Source: Raillietiella orientalis (Eukaryota). Taken from it: a DNA stretch of 64,000 bases. The stretch's first letter is position 1. Each line of letters starts with the position of its first letter. The stretch spans positions 1 to 64,000 of the forward strand of contig JAYWIR010000118.1 in the NCBI GenBank assembly GCA_036172245.1. The letters run 5' to 3'. Shown here piece after piece: positions 10,519 to 23,560 of this stretch. The position numbers and the translations under genes are program-made. The notes under the pieces were generated by a model. The model saw only the letters and a list, made by a program, of their open reading frames with translations. It ran no database searches and had not been told where the DNA came from.

Positions 10519-13500
10519 TCGAAAACCTTCTGGAGGTCGACTGCGACCGCCAAGGAACCGGGCTTTCCCTCCTGCCTTCGGCGCCGGTTCTTCTTGCCTG
10601 CTGCTGTGACTTTCGCCTAAGCCAGGCTTTGCTGCGCCACGACTTCCTGCAGCTGCATCCAAGTACGCGTGAAAAGGATGTTCGCCTCCATGGATCGTCC
10701 GGGAATCGCGTAGGTTTGTTCCAAGCTCACCACAGATTCCGCGATTGTTCCTAAGCGCGCGACCCACAGCTTGGAAAACAACTTGACGTCCGAGTTCTCC
10801 AAGGTGATCGGACGCCAGTTGTTGAGTTGACGCAAGTCTCCGCCTTCCGGCAGGAGACGCACCTTCGCTGAGCGGAAGGAATCCGGGACATTCCCGGATT
10901 CACTCATCAGCGTCGCGAGTCCCAACATGAAGGGAATGAGCTCCACTTCAAAGCACTGATAAAACTCTGCAGGAAGCCCATTCTCGCCTGGCGCCTTTCG
11001 TCTCTTCAGCCCAGCGATGGCGTACGAAAATTCATCCGCCGTGAAGGGCTCGTTGAGACGTTCGCGTTCCTCCTCGCCGACAACACGAGCATCCTGAGAC
11101 AGGAGTATCTCAGAAAGAATATCCTCCGTCAGGGATTCGGCGTACAGCGAGGAGTAGTAGCGTCTCACAATGCGGTGTACTTCGGCTGGGGCCGAACATT
11201 CCTGGCCCTTGTCGTCCAACAAGCATGCTGCTCCGGACTGCCAGACCTGGCGCTCGGCCCTCGCCTTGTACTTCGAAAGACGCCCGACATCCGCGAGTCT
11301 CGAAAACGTGCGGGCCTGCAGAAAGTCTCTACTGTTGGCAACGCCCTCTCCGAAACCGCGTGGAAGCCAATGCAAGGGGAATTGGCAGCAGAACTCGCGG
11401 ACAGATCTTTTGAGATCGTCCCAGTCCGCAAGTTCTTGAATGGCGAGGCCTCAAAGGTATCCACGTAGATGCTCCGCAGCCTCCGGTTGGCTAAGCCAAT
11501 CCGCCTGCATCCACCAGTTTTGCAACGGAGGCCCCCTGCCTGGCGGAAGGATCTCAAACTCCAACCTGTAGTGGTCAGAAAGCCTAGTCAACAATCTTCC
11601 TCTCCTACCCACACGCGACTGCAGGTATTCATCGAGGAAAACGTGATCGAGCGATCTTGCCATTCCAGGTTCGCCGACCATCAAGTTGACGGCGGAAACG
11701 GACGCGCACATCTCGATGGGCAGCGCGCGCTCCCTCGGGCGGCTCCAATCGTCGGAAAGCAGGCGGACGTTGAAGTCCCCAGCGACGAGGTGTGCCACTT
11801 GGAAGCCGGAGTTGTTGAGATAGTGGCTCTGCACCTCAAAGAAGAAAGCTACTCTTAATTTGAGGTAGCGAGAGCCACTCGGCGTGTAGACGTTCGTAAC
11901 GACGAGATCGATGGACTCGGACCACTTGATGACAAGCTGGCCTATCCGTCCATCGTCATCGAAACGAACACTATGCACCGCTTCCTCTATTTTTCCTTTT
12001 ACGAGGAACGCGACGTCGCACGTGTGTGCGCCGCCGCACCGCCAATGTAGCGTTCCGCCTGCGCGCTCCTCGATTTCGGTTGCCTGCTCGTCGGAGATTA
12101 CGTGAATCTCCTGCAGGAGCGCGAGGTCGAAGGGGCGCAGGGCGTTGGCTACTAATCGCATCTTCTCGTCGTTCTGTAGTCCGTTCACGTTCCAACACGT
12201 CACGGACAGACGACGAGAAGACGCGATTCCACGCATTACTGCTGGGAAGGTGGCAGCTTTTTGCTCGCTTTATCCGGCGAGCAGACGGCGAGTAGCACGA
12301 CTGGCTGGAGAGGACGGTCGCCACCGTCCTCTGTCGTGCTGCATGCATGTAATGCCTCCACGCCAGGCTGAACCCCGTCGGGTTTCGTGGAGACTTCGCG
12401 TTGCTTCGCGGCGAGCGTTGCCTGGCTGCCTACTTTTGATCGGCGCGCACACGCTTTCGAACGAGTTGTCCTCGTCTCGGTGATCGGAACGGCATCCATT
12501 TCGGAGTTCGACCGGCGCATGTTCGATCGGGTTTCGGCCTTCCGCGAAGCAGTGACAGGTTCTGCTGTATTGACATCTGTCCTGTTTTCGTTTTCCGTCA
12601 CCAGAGCATCGCTTTTGGTGACGGCTGCTTTCCCGGCGCGCGCGTTTTCAGCGTGCTCACGCGCAGAAGCACGAGGGACCTTTGCTGAAGTCTTCTTTAC
12701 TTCATTACGGTTACTCACTTCGCGTGGCGCCGTAAATGGAGATTGTGCTCCATTGCCATCTTTGAAGCCATCCGCGTCTTTGGACGGGAGCACTTTGGAT
12801 GGCTTCGACACGCTCGTCATGGACGCTGCCTTCGGAAGGGCTTTTAATCCCTTCGTTGGCATGGCATCCGCGCCAGTCGAGAGCTTGCTCTCCGATTGCG
12901 ACGGCGTGAGATTTTTCTCCGCTTTCGCCGTTTTGGATCGCAACGCGGATTTTTTTTTCCGACTTTCGAACTCGACACGGCACAACCCTTCTTACCCGAT
13001 TTGGGCTTCTCAGCCACTGCAGGAGGTGAAGGAATGGATCTGAAGGTAATGGAAGTGTCCTTACCGCCGTTGTCCATTGACGTCCCCGCCGGTTGCTCGA
13101 ACTCCGAAAGAGCCGGGCGTGCTTGGTTAGGACAGCTATTGCGCCCAGGGGGACTTACCATTGCCCCGGATTCCCCGCACCCTTTCTTTTGCGGCTCCCC
13201 TGCCGCGAGAGGGGGCGCGCAGGGCTTCGCGTGCGAGGTTTCCTGCTGCTTTGGGGCGACATTCCGCCTCGCGTTTCTTCGGAATTTCTGCCGTGGGGTC
13301 TCCAGGTTTTTCGCAGATTTTTTCTTTTTATCCGCGCTTTGTTTCTTAAGATGAAGCTATTCGGCTGCCTTTTTTCGCAAAAGATCCGGGCAATTTTTCA
13401 ATTGATGCCCGGATAGTTTGCAATAACGGCATTTTCCAGAGGGGCATTTATCCAAACAATGTTTCTCCTTCCCGCATTGCTCGCACGTTCTTACTTTGCC

Positions 13501-14231
13501 GACGAACCACAGGTGAACGATTGTGTCTTTCACTTGTAGTGTGGTGGGCAGCAGACGGCGGTCCGGCATTGTAAGCCGGACTCCAGCGACTCCGTTGTGT
13601 ATGTACGGGAAGTCCTTGAGGTTGCTACGCTCCCTCCACAGCGCATGGACCGTGGCGAATTCCACCAACGCGTTCCGAATGTCAATATCGAAGATTTCCG
13701 ACTCGATGTCGAAAATCTCCGCCACAAATGAGTCGTCCATGGCGGCCGGGAAGACCTTCTGGCCACGGATCGACAACGGGGTGCGCAGCAAGCGTTGCAC
13801 AAGTGCAGCGTCTTTGCAACGCACCTTGAAATAGCCCATGTCTTTTACGTGCATAATGGCGAAAAGGTCCTCTTCCCGCACGCCAACACGGGTCAATTCA
13901 TCGTTGAACTGATTCCCGTCGCGCGCAGAAAGAAAGCCACTCACCTTATATCGGAGAGCAGGTCTATAGCCTTGGGCTACGTATGCCCGCAACTCCGACT
14001 CGTCGAGTGGTTTCCCTTTGACGGCTGCTGTGGCAGCAACGTCAGCAAAACTCCTCTCCATTGGTGAGAAAGACGAAGTGGAGGCGGCCGTAGGTTCCGC
14101 GATTGCAGATCCGGATGCTGTTCCTCCAACTTCAGTAGCTTCAAGTTGGGTCGACATCGTCGTCAAAATGTACGACGCCAAGATGAAGCGGATGAAAGCA
14201 CGGAGACGAGAGCGAAGAAAAGCACGTCCGC
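10519..14231 (-). mobile_element. Retrotransposon B (type A): 5' end, ORF1, and ORF2 up to the KAFD motif, where it is interrupted
   Basis: Closely similar to copy A. ORF1 pieces 13357-14181 and 12236-12985, TAATG at 12238-12234, APE 11451-12236, RT start 10617-11375. Confidence 0.92.
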
Positions 14232-14556
14232 ACTCGATTGAAATTTATCACCCGGTCACGCCGGGGCGTTTATTAATAATAATAAACTGGTCAGGGACAA
14301 TGTCCCCAACCAACAGAACGACAGAGAACATAGAAAAATTACCGCCACGCAGGCCTGGTAAACAAACCGCTCGCAGCGTGGGGGGAATGAGGGGAAACAA
14401 ACAAAAATCCAAAACTGGAGGGAAGGGAAAAGGGTTTTTGGTTAGGCTCCGTACTCACGGGGATTTAAACGATGAGCACCTCAAATGTTCCGGAGCCTAT
14501 GGGGACGCGGGTGTAAAAGAAAATACAAATTTAGTTTATGGAGGGTAGGGCAATGA

Positions 14557-17500
14557 TCACCGGGTTGGCCGCTGATGAGGGTGTGTAAACCGGCGGTGTA
14601 TTGCGGCGAGATTCCTCTTTGTCTCCTCTGTCAAATGAGGCCATCTAGCGGATGCTCCCATGTAGAAGGATGCTTTGCTGATTACCTCTTGGTACTGTCC
14701 GTTGATTACCAACGCCTGGCGGACGGAAACTATCGCGCGTATGCAACCGATGGTTGCAATCCTTGCGCTTACTGAAAGCCCGCTCGGCGTGAAGAATCGT
14801 CGCAGCAAGTCTCTTGCGGTGTCCACGGGATGCAATAGTGCTGTTGCCAGCCTACGCCACAGTCCTTGTAGGACACCGCAGTCCAGAAGTAGGTGCGGAA
14901 TCGACTCCGTCGATCCGCACCGAACGCAGTTCGCAGACGCAAGTCCCCCGGAGTCACGATGCCAACGCTCGTTGCACTGAAAACCCCAGTGAACGAAAAG
15001 CAGCACGGCTTGTTTCCAAGCAAGAAGGAGCAGCCAAATGTCCATACACTGTGGAGGGACTACAAGTTCTTCGGGGGTGACAGCAAGTTCTTCTGCCCAC
15101 CGGAGGAGTCCCTTTGCAGTAACACGAGGAGTGGCGGCGTCCGCCAACTCACTTGTCTTCCAGGTGCCAAGGAGTTTGGTTCTTCCCGCTATCGTGCAGG
15201 AAACCTCCCACCTCGCCGGTTGGTAACTATCGTTTCTTGCCCTGAGGGCAGACAGCGCTGCGGCAAGAGGCGTGGCAGCCAGGGTAGAAAACTTCACCTC
15301 GTCCTGCAGTACTTCTTCCAAGGATCGTGGAAAAAATTGGCGCAGGGGGCGAAGATCTTCAGGGCGTATTCCTTGGAACGCCGCCCAGGATTCAACAGAC
15401 TCCTGCCGCCAAGCTTCAAAGTTCATTGGGCGGCAGGAGATCCCAGAGTGTGCTTCCAGAAGTGCGGTCAACTGCCGCAATGGAAACCCGAAACCCCGCT
15501 TCCTGTATTGAGTGCCCGGCAAAAGCGAGAGAAATCCTCCGCTGCCGGCGCATCTCCGCAGGAGAATGCGAGCTGGCACGCACAGGGGGGATGTCCATAG
15601 CTGGGCACACAGTGCCAGCAGTCGGAACTGCACCTGCAGTCCGATTCGCTCCATTGTCAGGATACCCAAACCAGCATCCCGACGCGGAGCTGACAAATCT
15701 TTAAGGCGGATCCTGGATCTCGCCGGACCCCAGAGAACGTTCCTGAGCAGGCGCTTAGCCCGCTGTTTTGCCGCATAGGGGGGGTCCAAAACAAAAAACA
15801 GGGGACGGAGGAGGGGGGCCACAAAGGTGTTCCAAATAGTCGCCCTATCCTGCAAGGTAAACTTGCCGTTAAAGAACGGGCTGATGGCCAACTCTGCTTT
15901 CTGAAGACAGTCCGCCCACGCTTCGGCTGCGCCGAAAGCGCCCAACGGAACGCCAAGGTACTTAAAGTACCCGCCCGTGGGGATCCCCAGGCGGAGCCAG
16001 TCGGACTGCCCCTCCCACGACGTACCCACAGGAACGACCACGCTCTTCTCTCTGTTCACGCTCACGCCCGCTCCCCGACGAATCAGGTCGAAGAAATCCT
16101 CGACACTGGACGCCGGGGTGGACATGAGGAGCAGAAGAAGCAGGTCATCAGCGTAGGCGGCCACGGCAGGCGTTCCCGGGCAGGAGCTTGGCAAGTGAGA
16201 CAGCGTCAGCCTGTATGCTCTTAGCACCAACTCAAAGAAGATGCTGAAGAGCAACGGGCTTAAGCTGTCGCCCTGTCGGATGCCCCTACGAACGGGAATA
16301 CCATACACGCGACAGCCGCTAAAAGTGATGCAGGTTAGCGCGTGGCGCCAGCACGCGCGCAAATACAGCAGGAGTTGCGCCGGGAACCCAAAGCGTTCCA
16401 TAAGCTCCAAAAGCAGCTTCTGGTTTACGCAGTCGAACGCCTTGTGGAGATCGACCGCGACCGCCAAGGCACCTGGCGTTCCCTCCTGCCGTCGGCGCCT
16501 GTTCTTTTTGCCTGCGGCAGTGACTTTCGCAGCAGCCTGGCTTTGCTGCGCCACAACTTCCTGCAGCTGCATCCATGTACGCGCGAAAAGGATGTTCGCC
16601 TCCATGGATCGTCCCGGAACCGCGTAGGTTTGTTCCGGGCTCACCACAGATTCCGCGATTCTTCCTAGCCGCGCGACCCACAGCTTGGAAAACAACTTGA
16701 CGTCCGAGTTCACCAAGGTGATCGGACGCCAGTTGTTAAGTTGGCGCAAGTCTCCGCCTTTCGGCAGGAGACGCACCTTCGCTGAGCGGAAGGAATCCGG
16801 GACATTCCCGGATTCACTCATCAGCGTCGCGAGTTTCAGCATCAAAGGAATGAGCTCCACTGCAAAGCACTGATAAAACTCTGCAGGGAGCCCATCCTCG
16901 CCTGGCGCCTTTCGTCTCTTCAGCCCAGCGATGGCGGACGAAAATTCATCCGCCGTGAAGGGCTCGTCGAGACGTTCGCGTTCCTCCTCGCCGACAACAC
17001 GAGCATCCTGAGACAGGAGTATCTCAGAAAGAATATCCTCCGTCGGGGATTCCGCGTAGAGCGAGGAGTAGTAGCGTCTCACAATGCGGCGTACTTCGGC
17101 TGGGGCCGAACATTCCTGGCCTTCGTCGTCCAACAGGCATGCTGCTCCGGACTGCCAGACCTGGCGCTCGGCCCTCGCCTTGTACTCTGCGAGACGCCCG
17201 ACATCCGCGCGTCTCGAAAACGTGCGGGCCTGCCGAAAGTCTCTACTGTTGGCCACGCCCTCTCCGAAACCGCGTGGAAGCCGGTGCAAGGGGAATTGGC
17301 AGCAGAACTCGCGGACAGATCTTTTGAGATCGTCCCAGTCCGCAAGTTCTTGAATGGCAAAGCCTCGGAGGTATCCACGTAGATGCTCCGCAGCCTCCGG
17401 TTGGCTAAGCCAATCCGCCTGCATCCTCCAGTTTTGCAACGGAGGCCCCCTGCCTGGCGGAAGGATCTCAAACTCCAACCTGTGGTGGTCAGAAAGCCTA

Positions 17501-18150
17501 GTCAACAATCTTCCTCTCCTGCCCCCACGCGAATGCAGGTTTTCATCGAGGAAAACGTGATCGAGCGATCTTTCCATTCCAGGTTCGCTGACCATCAAGT
17601 TGGCGGCGTGCACGGACGCGCACATCTCGATGGGCAGCGCGCGCTCCCTCGGGCGGCTGCAATCGTCGGAGAGCAGGCGGACGTTGAAGTCCCCAGCGAC
17701 GAGGTGCGCCACTTGGAAACCGGAGTTGTTGAGCCAGTAGCTCTGCACCTCACCAAAGAAAGCTACTCTTTCTTCGAGGTAGCGAGAGCCACTCGGCGCG
17801 TAGACGTTCGTAACGACGAGATCGATGGACTCGGACCACTTGATGACAAGCTGGCCTATCCGTCCGTCGTCATCGAAACGAACACTACGCACCGCTTCCG
17901 CCATTTTTCCTCTTACGAGGAACGCGACGCCTCACGTGTGTGCGCCGCCGCACCGCCAATGTAGCGTTCCGCCTGCGCGCTCCTCGATTTCGGCTGCCTG
18001 CTCGTCGGAGATTACGTGAATCTCCTGCAGGAGCGCGAGGTCGAAGGGGCGCAGGGCGTTGGCTACTAATCGCCTCTTCTCGTCGTTCTGCAGTCCGTTC
18101 ACGTTCCAACACGTTACGGACAGACGACGAGAAGACGCGATTCCCCGCAT
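14557..18150 (-). pseudogene. ORF2 of A: APE endonuclease, reverse transcriptase and C-terminal zinc finger, with one in-frame TGA at 17934-17932
   Basis: 72-aa and 1115-aa ORFs in the same frame; B has TGC at the stop position. WNVNG, LQE, GDFN, SDH, KAFD, QGDSLSP, YADD and CVRCG..H...C motifs. Confidence 0.93.
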
Positions 18151-20071
18151 TACTGCTGGGAAGGTGGCGGCTTTTTACTCGCTTTATCCGGCGAGCAGAC
18201 GGCGAGCAGCACGACTGGCTGGAGGGGACGGTCGCCACCGTCCTCTGTCGTGCTGCATGCATGTAATGCCTCCACGCCAGGCTGAACCCCGTCGGGTTTC
18301 GTGGAGACTTCGCGTTGCTTCGCGGCGAGCGTTGCCTGGCTGCCTACTTTTGATCGGCGCGCACACGCTTTCGAACGAGTTGTCCTCGTCTCGGTGATCG
18401 GAACGGCATCCATTTCGGAGTCCGACCGGCGCATGTTCGATCGGATTTCGGCCTTCCGCGAAGCAGTGACAGGTTCTGCTGGATTGACAGCTGTCCTGTT
18501 TTCGTTTTCCGTCACCAGAGCATCGCTTTTGGTGACGGCTGCTTTCCCTGCGCGCGCGTTTTCAGCGTGCTCACGCGCAGTTGCACGAGGGACCTTTGCT
18601 GAAGTCTTCTTTACTTCATTACGGTTCCTCACTTCGCGTGGCGCCGTAAATGGAGAGTGTGCTCCATGGCCATCTTTGAAGCCATCCGCGTCTTTGGACG
18701 GGAGCACTTTCGATGGCTCCGACACGCTCGTCATGGACGCTGCTTTCGGAAGGGCTTTTAATCCCTTCGTTGGCATGGCATCCGCGCCAGTCGAGAGCTT
18801 GCTCTCCGACTGCGACGGCGTGAGATTTTTCTCCACTTTCGCGGTGTTCGATCGCGACGCGGATTTTTTTTTGCCGACTTTCGAAGTCGACACGGCACAA
18901 CTTTTCTTACCCGATTTGGGCTTCTCAGCCACTGCAGGAGGTGTAGGAATGGATCTGACGGTACTGGAAGTGTCCTTACCGCCGTTGTCCATTGACGTCC
19001 CCGCCGGTTGCTCGAACTCCGAGAGAGCCGGGCGTGCTTGGGAAGGACCGCTATTGCGCCTAGGGGGACTTACCATTGCCCCGGATTCCCCGCACCCTTT
19101 CTTTTGCGGCTCCCCTGCCGCGAGAGGGGGTGCGCAGGGCTTCGCGTTCGAGGTTTCCTGCTGCTTTGGGGCGACATTCCGCCTCGCGTTTTTACCGAAT
19201 TTCTGCCGTGGGGTCTCCAGGTTTTTCGCAGATTTTTTCTTTTTATCCGCGCTCTGTTTTTTAAAATGGAGCTCCGCGGCTGCCTTTTTCGCAAAAGATC
19301 CGGGCAATTTTTCAATTGGTGCCCGGATAGTTTGCAATAACGGCATTTTCCAGAGGGGCATTTATCCAAACAATGCCCCTCGTTCCCGCAGTGCTCGCAC
19401 GTTTTTACTTTGCCCACGAACCACAGGTGAACGACCGTGTCATTCACCTGTAGTTTGGTAGGCAGCAGACGGCGGTCCGGCATTGTAAGCCGGACTCCAG
19501 CGACTCCACTGTGTATGGACGGGAAGTCCTTGAGGTTGCTACGCACCCTCCACAGCGCATGGACCGTGGCGAATTTCGCCAACGCGTTCCGAATATCAGT
19601 ATCGGAGATTTCCGACTCGATGTCGAAAATCTCCACCACACATGAGTCGTCCATGGCGGCCGGGAAGACCTTCTGGCCACGGATCGACAACGGGGTGCGC
19701 AGTAAGCGTTGCACAAGTGCAGCGTCTCTGCAACGCACCTTGAAATAGCCCATGTCTTTTACGGGCATAATGGCGAGAAGGTCCTCCTCCCGCACGCCAA
19801 CACGCGTCAGTTCATCGTTGAACTGATTCCCGTCGCGCGCAGAAAGAAAACCACTCACCTTATATCGGAGAGCAGGTCTATAGCCTTGGGCTACGTATGC
19901 CCGCAACTCCGACTCGTCGGGTGGTTTCCCTTTGACGGCTGCTGTGGCAGCAACGTCAGCAAAACTCCTCTCCATTGGCGAGAAAGACGAAGTGGAGGCG
20001 GCCGTCGGTTCCGCGATTGCAGATCCGGATGCTGTTCCTCCAACTTCAGTAGCTTCAAGTTGGGTCGACAT
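18150..20071 (-). pseudogene. ORF1 of A (two CCHC knuckles), with one frameshift in an A-run near 19287
   Basis: ORFs 19070-20095 and 18150-19361 overlap; B has one more base in the same run. Confidence 0.88.
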
Positions 20072-20145
20072 CGTCGTCAAAATGTACGACGCCAAGATGA
20101 AGCGGATGAAAGCACGGAGACGAGAGCGAAGAAAAACACGTCCGC

Positions 20146-21183
20146 ACTCGATTGAAATCTCCCGCTATCAGGTGAGCCTTCCGCACGCTCGTGTTCGCCA
20201 GCCAGTCGCGCTTCAGGGATTCAAGCAGCCTGGTACGGTTGCTGTATCCCTTTTGACCGGTTCGGGCGTACACATTCGTGACGATCAGATCGATCGGGTC
20301 GGACCAGCCGAGAGTCAGCTGACCGACCCGACCGTCGTCATCGAAGAGCACGCCCTTCACGGCAGCGTCGATGGCCGGCTTCACGAAGAACGCGACCCCG
20401 CAGGTGTTGCGGATGCCGCATTGCCAGTACAGCCGACCCCCCGCGATCGTCTCGATCTCCTGGACGTCTACCGCGGTGATCACGTGGATCTCATGCAAAA
20501 GGGCCAGGTCGAACTCCCGCAGAGTGTCGGCTGTATCTCGCCTGTTACCGTCGTCGCGCAGTCCGTTGACATTCCAGCAGGCCGCGCGAATCCGACGGCG
20601 ACTGGCGAGCCCAGGTGTTACTCCTGGGAAGATGGCAGTGCGGCGTCCGCCACCTGCTGGGGCGGGACGCTAGGTGGAGGAGGGGGGTCAGGTGCTGAAT
20701 GCACCTGGTCCCCCTCCTCCATCGGTGCCGGCGCGTCGGCCGGATCATCCGCAGGTGGAGTCGCGCCTACCTGTTCGCCCTTCTCCATGGAGGCGGGCTG
20801 TTCAGGGTCGGCGCCTGCAGGGGGGACTTCATCCCCCTGTTCACCCTCCTCCATGGGGGTGGCCGGATCGACGGCTTGCGAGCGTAAGAATTCCCCCTCC
20901 GGGATTCCCACGCTGCCGCTGCCTTCCTGCTTCTCCTCCTCAATGGTGGAGGGGAGGCGCCTCCTGGGTTTGTGGGACTTGCGTCCCGATTTCCTGGGGG
21001 GTGCCTCCGAGGAGGAGGATGTACTTCCGGCTCCCAGGGCTAACTCACCTGCGAAGGCCTTGTTAGCCGTAGCCGGCCTTCGCACGGCCTTGCGCGAGGG
21101 TTTCTCCCGCTCGGCCAGCGCGACCGCGAGCTCCTCCGCCGCCTGTGTAAACGCGGCGTCCGCGGCTTTGACCGCCGCGTTAA
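20146..21183 (-). mobile_element. Retrotransposon C1 (type C): ORF1 C-terminus and APE N-terminus up to GDFN
   Basis: PMEEG repeats and SSQE stop at 20618, then TPGLASRRR..CWNVNG...HLIAGDFN. Confidence 0.88.
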
Positions 21184-21525
21184 TGAAGGGATGTCATGGA
21201 GTATGTAGCTTGCTTTCTGCGAATGGCAACCTGATAATACCACCTGGGAAATCTGCAGAAGGACCTCTTCGGCATTCTGCAAAGGATAGAAACACCACGC
21301 AGCGAACAGTGTTCACTTCCGCCCATTAAAAGGACTATGGTTCTCTGTGTTCTCAGTTTCGTTTATTTTTATTTTTGTTTTCCTCTTCTGCTTCCGCTGA
21401 CGTGGAGTGTCAAGTCGGTCTGTGCACTGACAATCCGGCAGCTATGTTTTATTGGTTGCAGCGGGGCCCTGTAATGAAAATACCGAAAGCATTTTAATAA
21501 ACGCCCAGGCTTGCCCGGGTGAAAA
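21184..21525 (+). mobile_element. 5'-truncated degraded type-F-like element (ORF2 tail and 3' end)
   Basis: RDVMEYVACFLRMAT..DLFGILQRI resembles the F/N C-terminus; AATAAA at 21496 and hairpin ending GGGTG-AAAA. Confidence 0.75.
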
Positions 21526-22089
21526 CGCCGGTAAATCCTCAGGAAAACCCATGTTCCTGCATCATCCCAGTAACCTGCAGGAATGACCTTCTGCGTCAGA
21601 GTACGCCCTAGCACTCAGAAGAACAGGCAACTGCATGACCAATCAGGCAATGTTAAACTTACACCTTTGTCCTCCGTAGGCAGAAAGATTCTCTGACAGA
21701 TCTTTCAGCAAGCTACGGTTTCCGTCTGTCCTTGAGACAACCGAGGACTCCTACGGACGTCCTTTGGGGACCGAAAAGAGAGACCAACTGCCAGAAACAA
21801 CTCTTTCTGTTGAATCTGGTCTCGGCTCGAAGCGCAGAAAGAGGAAAAAAAGAATAGAGAGGGGAAGCTGTTGTTTTCAGTCTTAGATGTTCAGCATCTC
21901 TTTACTTGTCGCAACAGTCGTACGGGACTTTCAACGATCTGGAGTTTCCCACGCTGGAGCGCCGAATCGCGGACAAACAGACGGTCAGCGACCGCGCAGG
22001 AGGAAGACACGTGGTCCTCTCGAATTTCTCTTCGCATCATTGCGTTTCCTTTCTCGTGTCTGTCTGCCCTCAGGGCAAGCCATGTTAGC

Positions 22090-22330
22090 AGCCAACCGGT
22101 AGGATAAGAGTTCTTCAACATTGCAGGATTCGCGAAACACTCAAACGGCTGAAAAACGAGAGAGTTGGTGAACGCCACCACTCCTCGTTTCCGGGTAAGG
22201 GACTGATTTGTTGAAATGAGTTTCACAGTGTCCCACTTAAAGAACTTGTGGTCCCTTCCCTTTGCGTGGACATCTCCATGTCCCCGTTGGCTTGGAAACA
22301 GGATGCTCAGGATGTCTCCGTGATAAAACA
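22090..22330 (+). mobile_element. Degraded type-A-like ORF2 C-terminal remnant
   Basis: ELVVPSLCVDISMSPLAWKQD resembles EELVVPPQCMDIWLLLLAWKQ of A. Confidence 0.65.
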
Positions 22331-22849
22331 TTAGTAGCTCATCCTCATTGTCGGAGGATAAGTCGCTTGTCCAGACCGTGATTATCTCCTGATGCAGGAC
22401 GCCCTGACAGCAGCCGCTTGTGTTGCGGTTCTCGGCTGCTTACGCGGAATCTCGGATAAATGGACTGCGTTAGGGAGAGGCCGTAGCAGCTGGAATTCAT
22501 TCACTGGGCATCCATCTGCATGGAGAAGGTTTCCCGATGGCACCAGCTCCGAACTGTAAGAACAACACTTGTCCTTATCCGAAACCGGATGCAGAGGACC
22601 ACCCGCGGCGAGCGGTATCCCTTCTCTTACATCTTCTTCCTAGAGAATATTGCTCACCCTTTTTCTTTTTTTTGTTCTTTTATTGTTTTCCCATCCTATT
22701 CGCCAGCGACGAGGCTCTCGGTGATCTGTGGCCTGATGGGTACAGGTGTCGCAAACAGGCGCAATCACGTGTTCTGCCTGGATGAAAACATGAAGACTTT
22801 GTTATAAAATTCAATTCAATTTGTTGAAATTGTAAGAATAAATGCCCCG

Positions 22850-23560
22850 CATATGCGTGTCAAAATCTGGAGCTCGATGTTCTCCGTTGTCAGGATGAGT
22901 AAACCGACATCCCGTCGTATCTCCACCAGATCTTTTACTCATTGTCCGGGACCTTGCAACGCCCCGTAACACTTTACGTAGGAGACGCGGCGCCCGTATT
23001 TATATTCTTTGGAGTGGTGAGCAGACGAATAAGAAGAGGAGGAAGGGAGGGGCAACGAAGCAGTTCCATATGGCCGCCTTTTCCGGCAAGACGAACTTGC
23101 CAGCACGGAACGGACCTAGAGCACGCTCTGCCTTCTAAAGGCTGTCTGACCACGCTTCTCCAGAGCAGAAATCGCCCAATGGTACGCCAAGGTACTTCTA
23201 CTACCTGCCCGTTGGGATCCCCATGTGGATCCCGCAAGACTTCCCACCCACGGCGCTCCCACTGAGACGACTATGCACTTGCTACCGTTGATACTCACTC
23301 ACGCTCCGCAACGAAACAGCTCGGAGGAATGTTTGAGTAAGGCCGTCGGGGTGGACATGGGCAACACGAGAAGGTCATCCGCGTAGGTGCCGAGTCCCGA
23401 TGATGGACTTGTGCGCTCTGCATTGTGAAGGCAGTCCTGAACTCCTGACGCTGGAGCCGGTGAAAATACAGCTGCCATGGCAAACCATTGCCTTCGCAGC
23501 AAAGTACTGGAGCAACCATGGGTGTCGTCGCCTTCCGTGATTCCGTAACAGCAGGGCTTG
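22850..23560 (-). mobile_element. Degraded RT remnant
   Basis: GTYADDLLVLPMSTP near 23350-23390 and a KYLGVPLG-like segment near 23190. Confidence 0.7.

Larger units (their letters stand above)
14245..20145 (-). mobile_element. Retrotransposon A: full-length (~5.9 kb), nearly intact Tx1/L1-type element
   Basis: 5' GCGGACGTG, ORF1, ORF2, U-rich UTR and terminal hairpin. Flanked by the direct repeat ACTCGATTGAAAT (14232-14244 and 20146-20158). Confidence 0.95.

Noticed and set aside
9061..10530. Three repeated hairpins resembling CRISPR repeats with spacers
   Set aside because: Spacing is irregular (about 270 and 1150 bp), the context is eukaryotic, there are no cas genes, and they are retrotransposon 3' ends.
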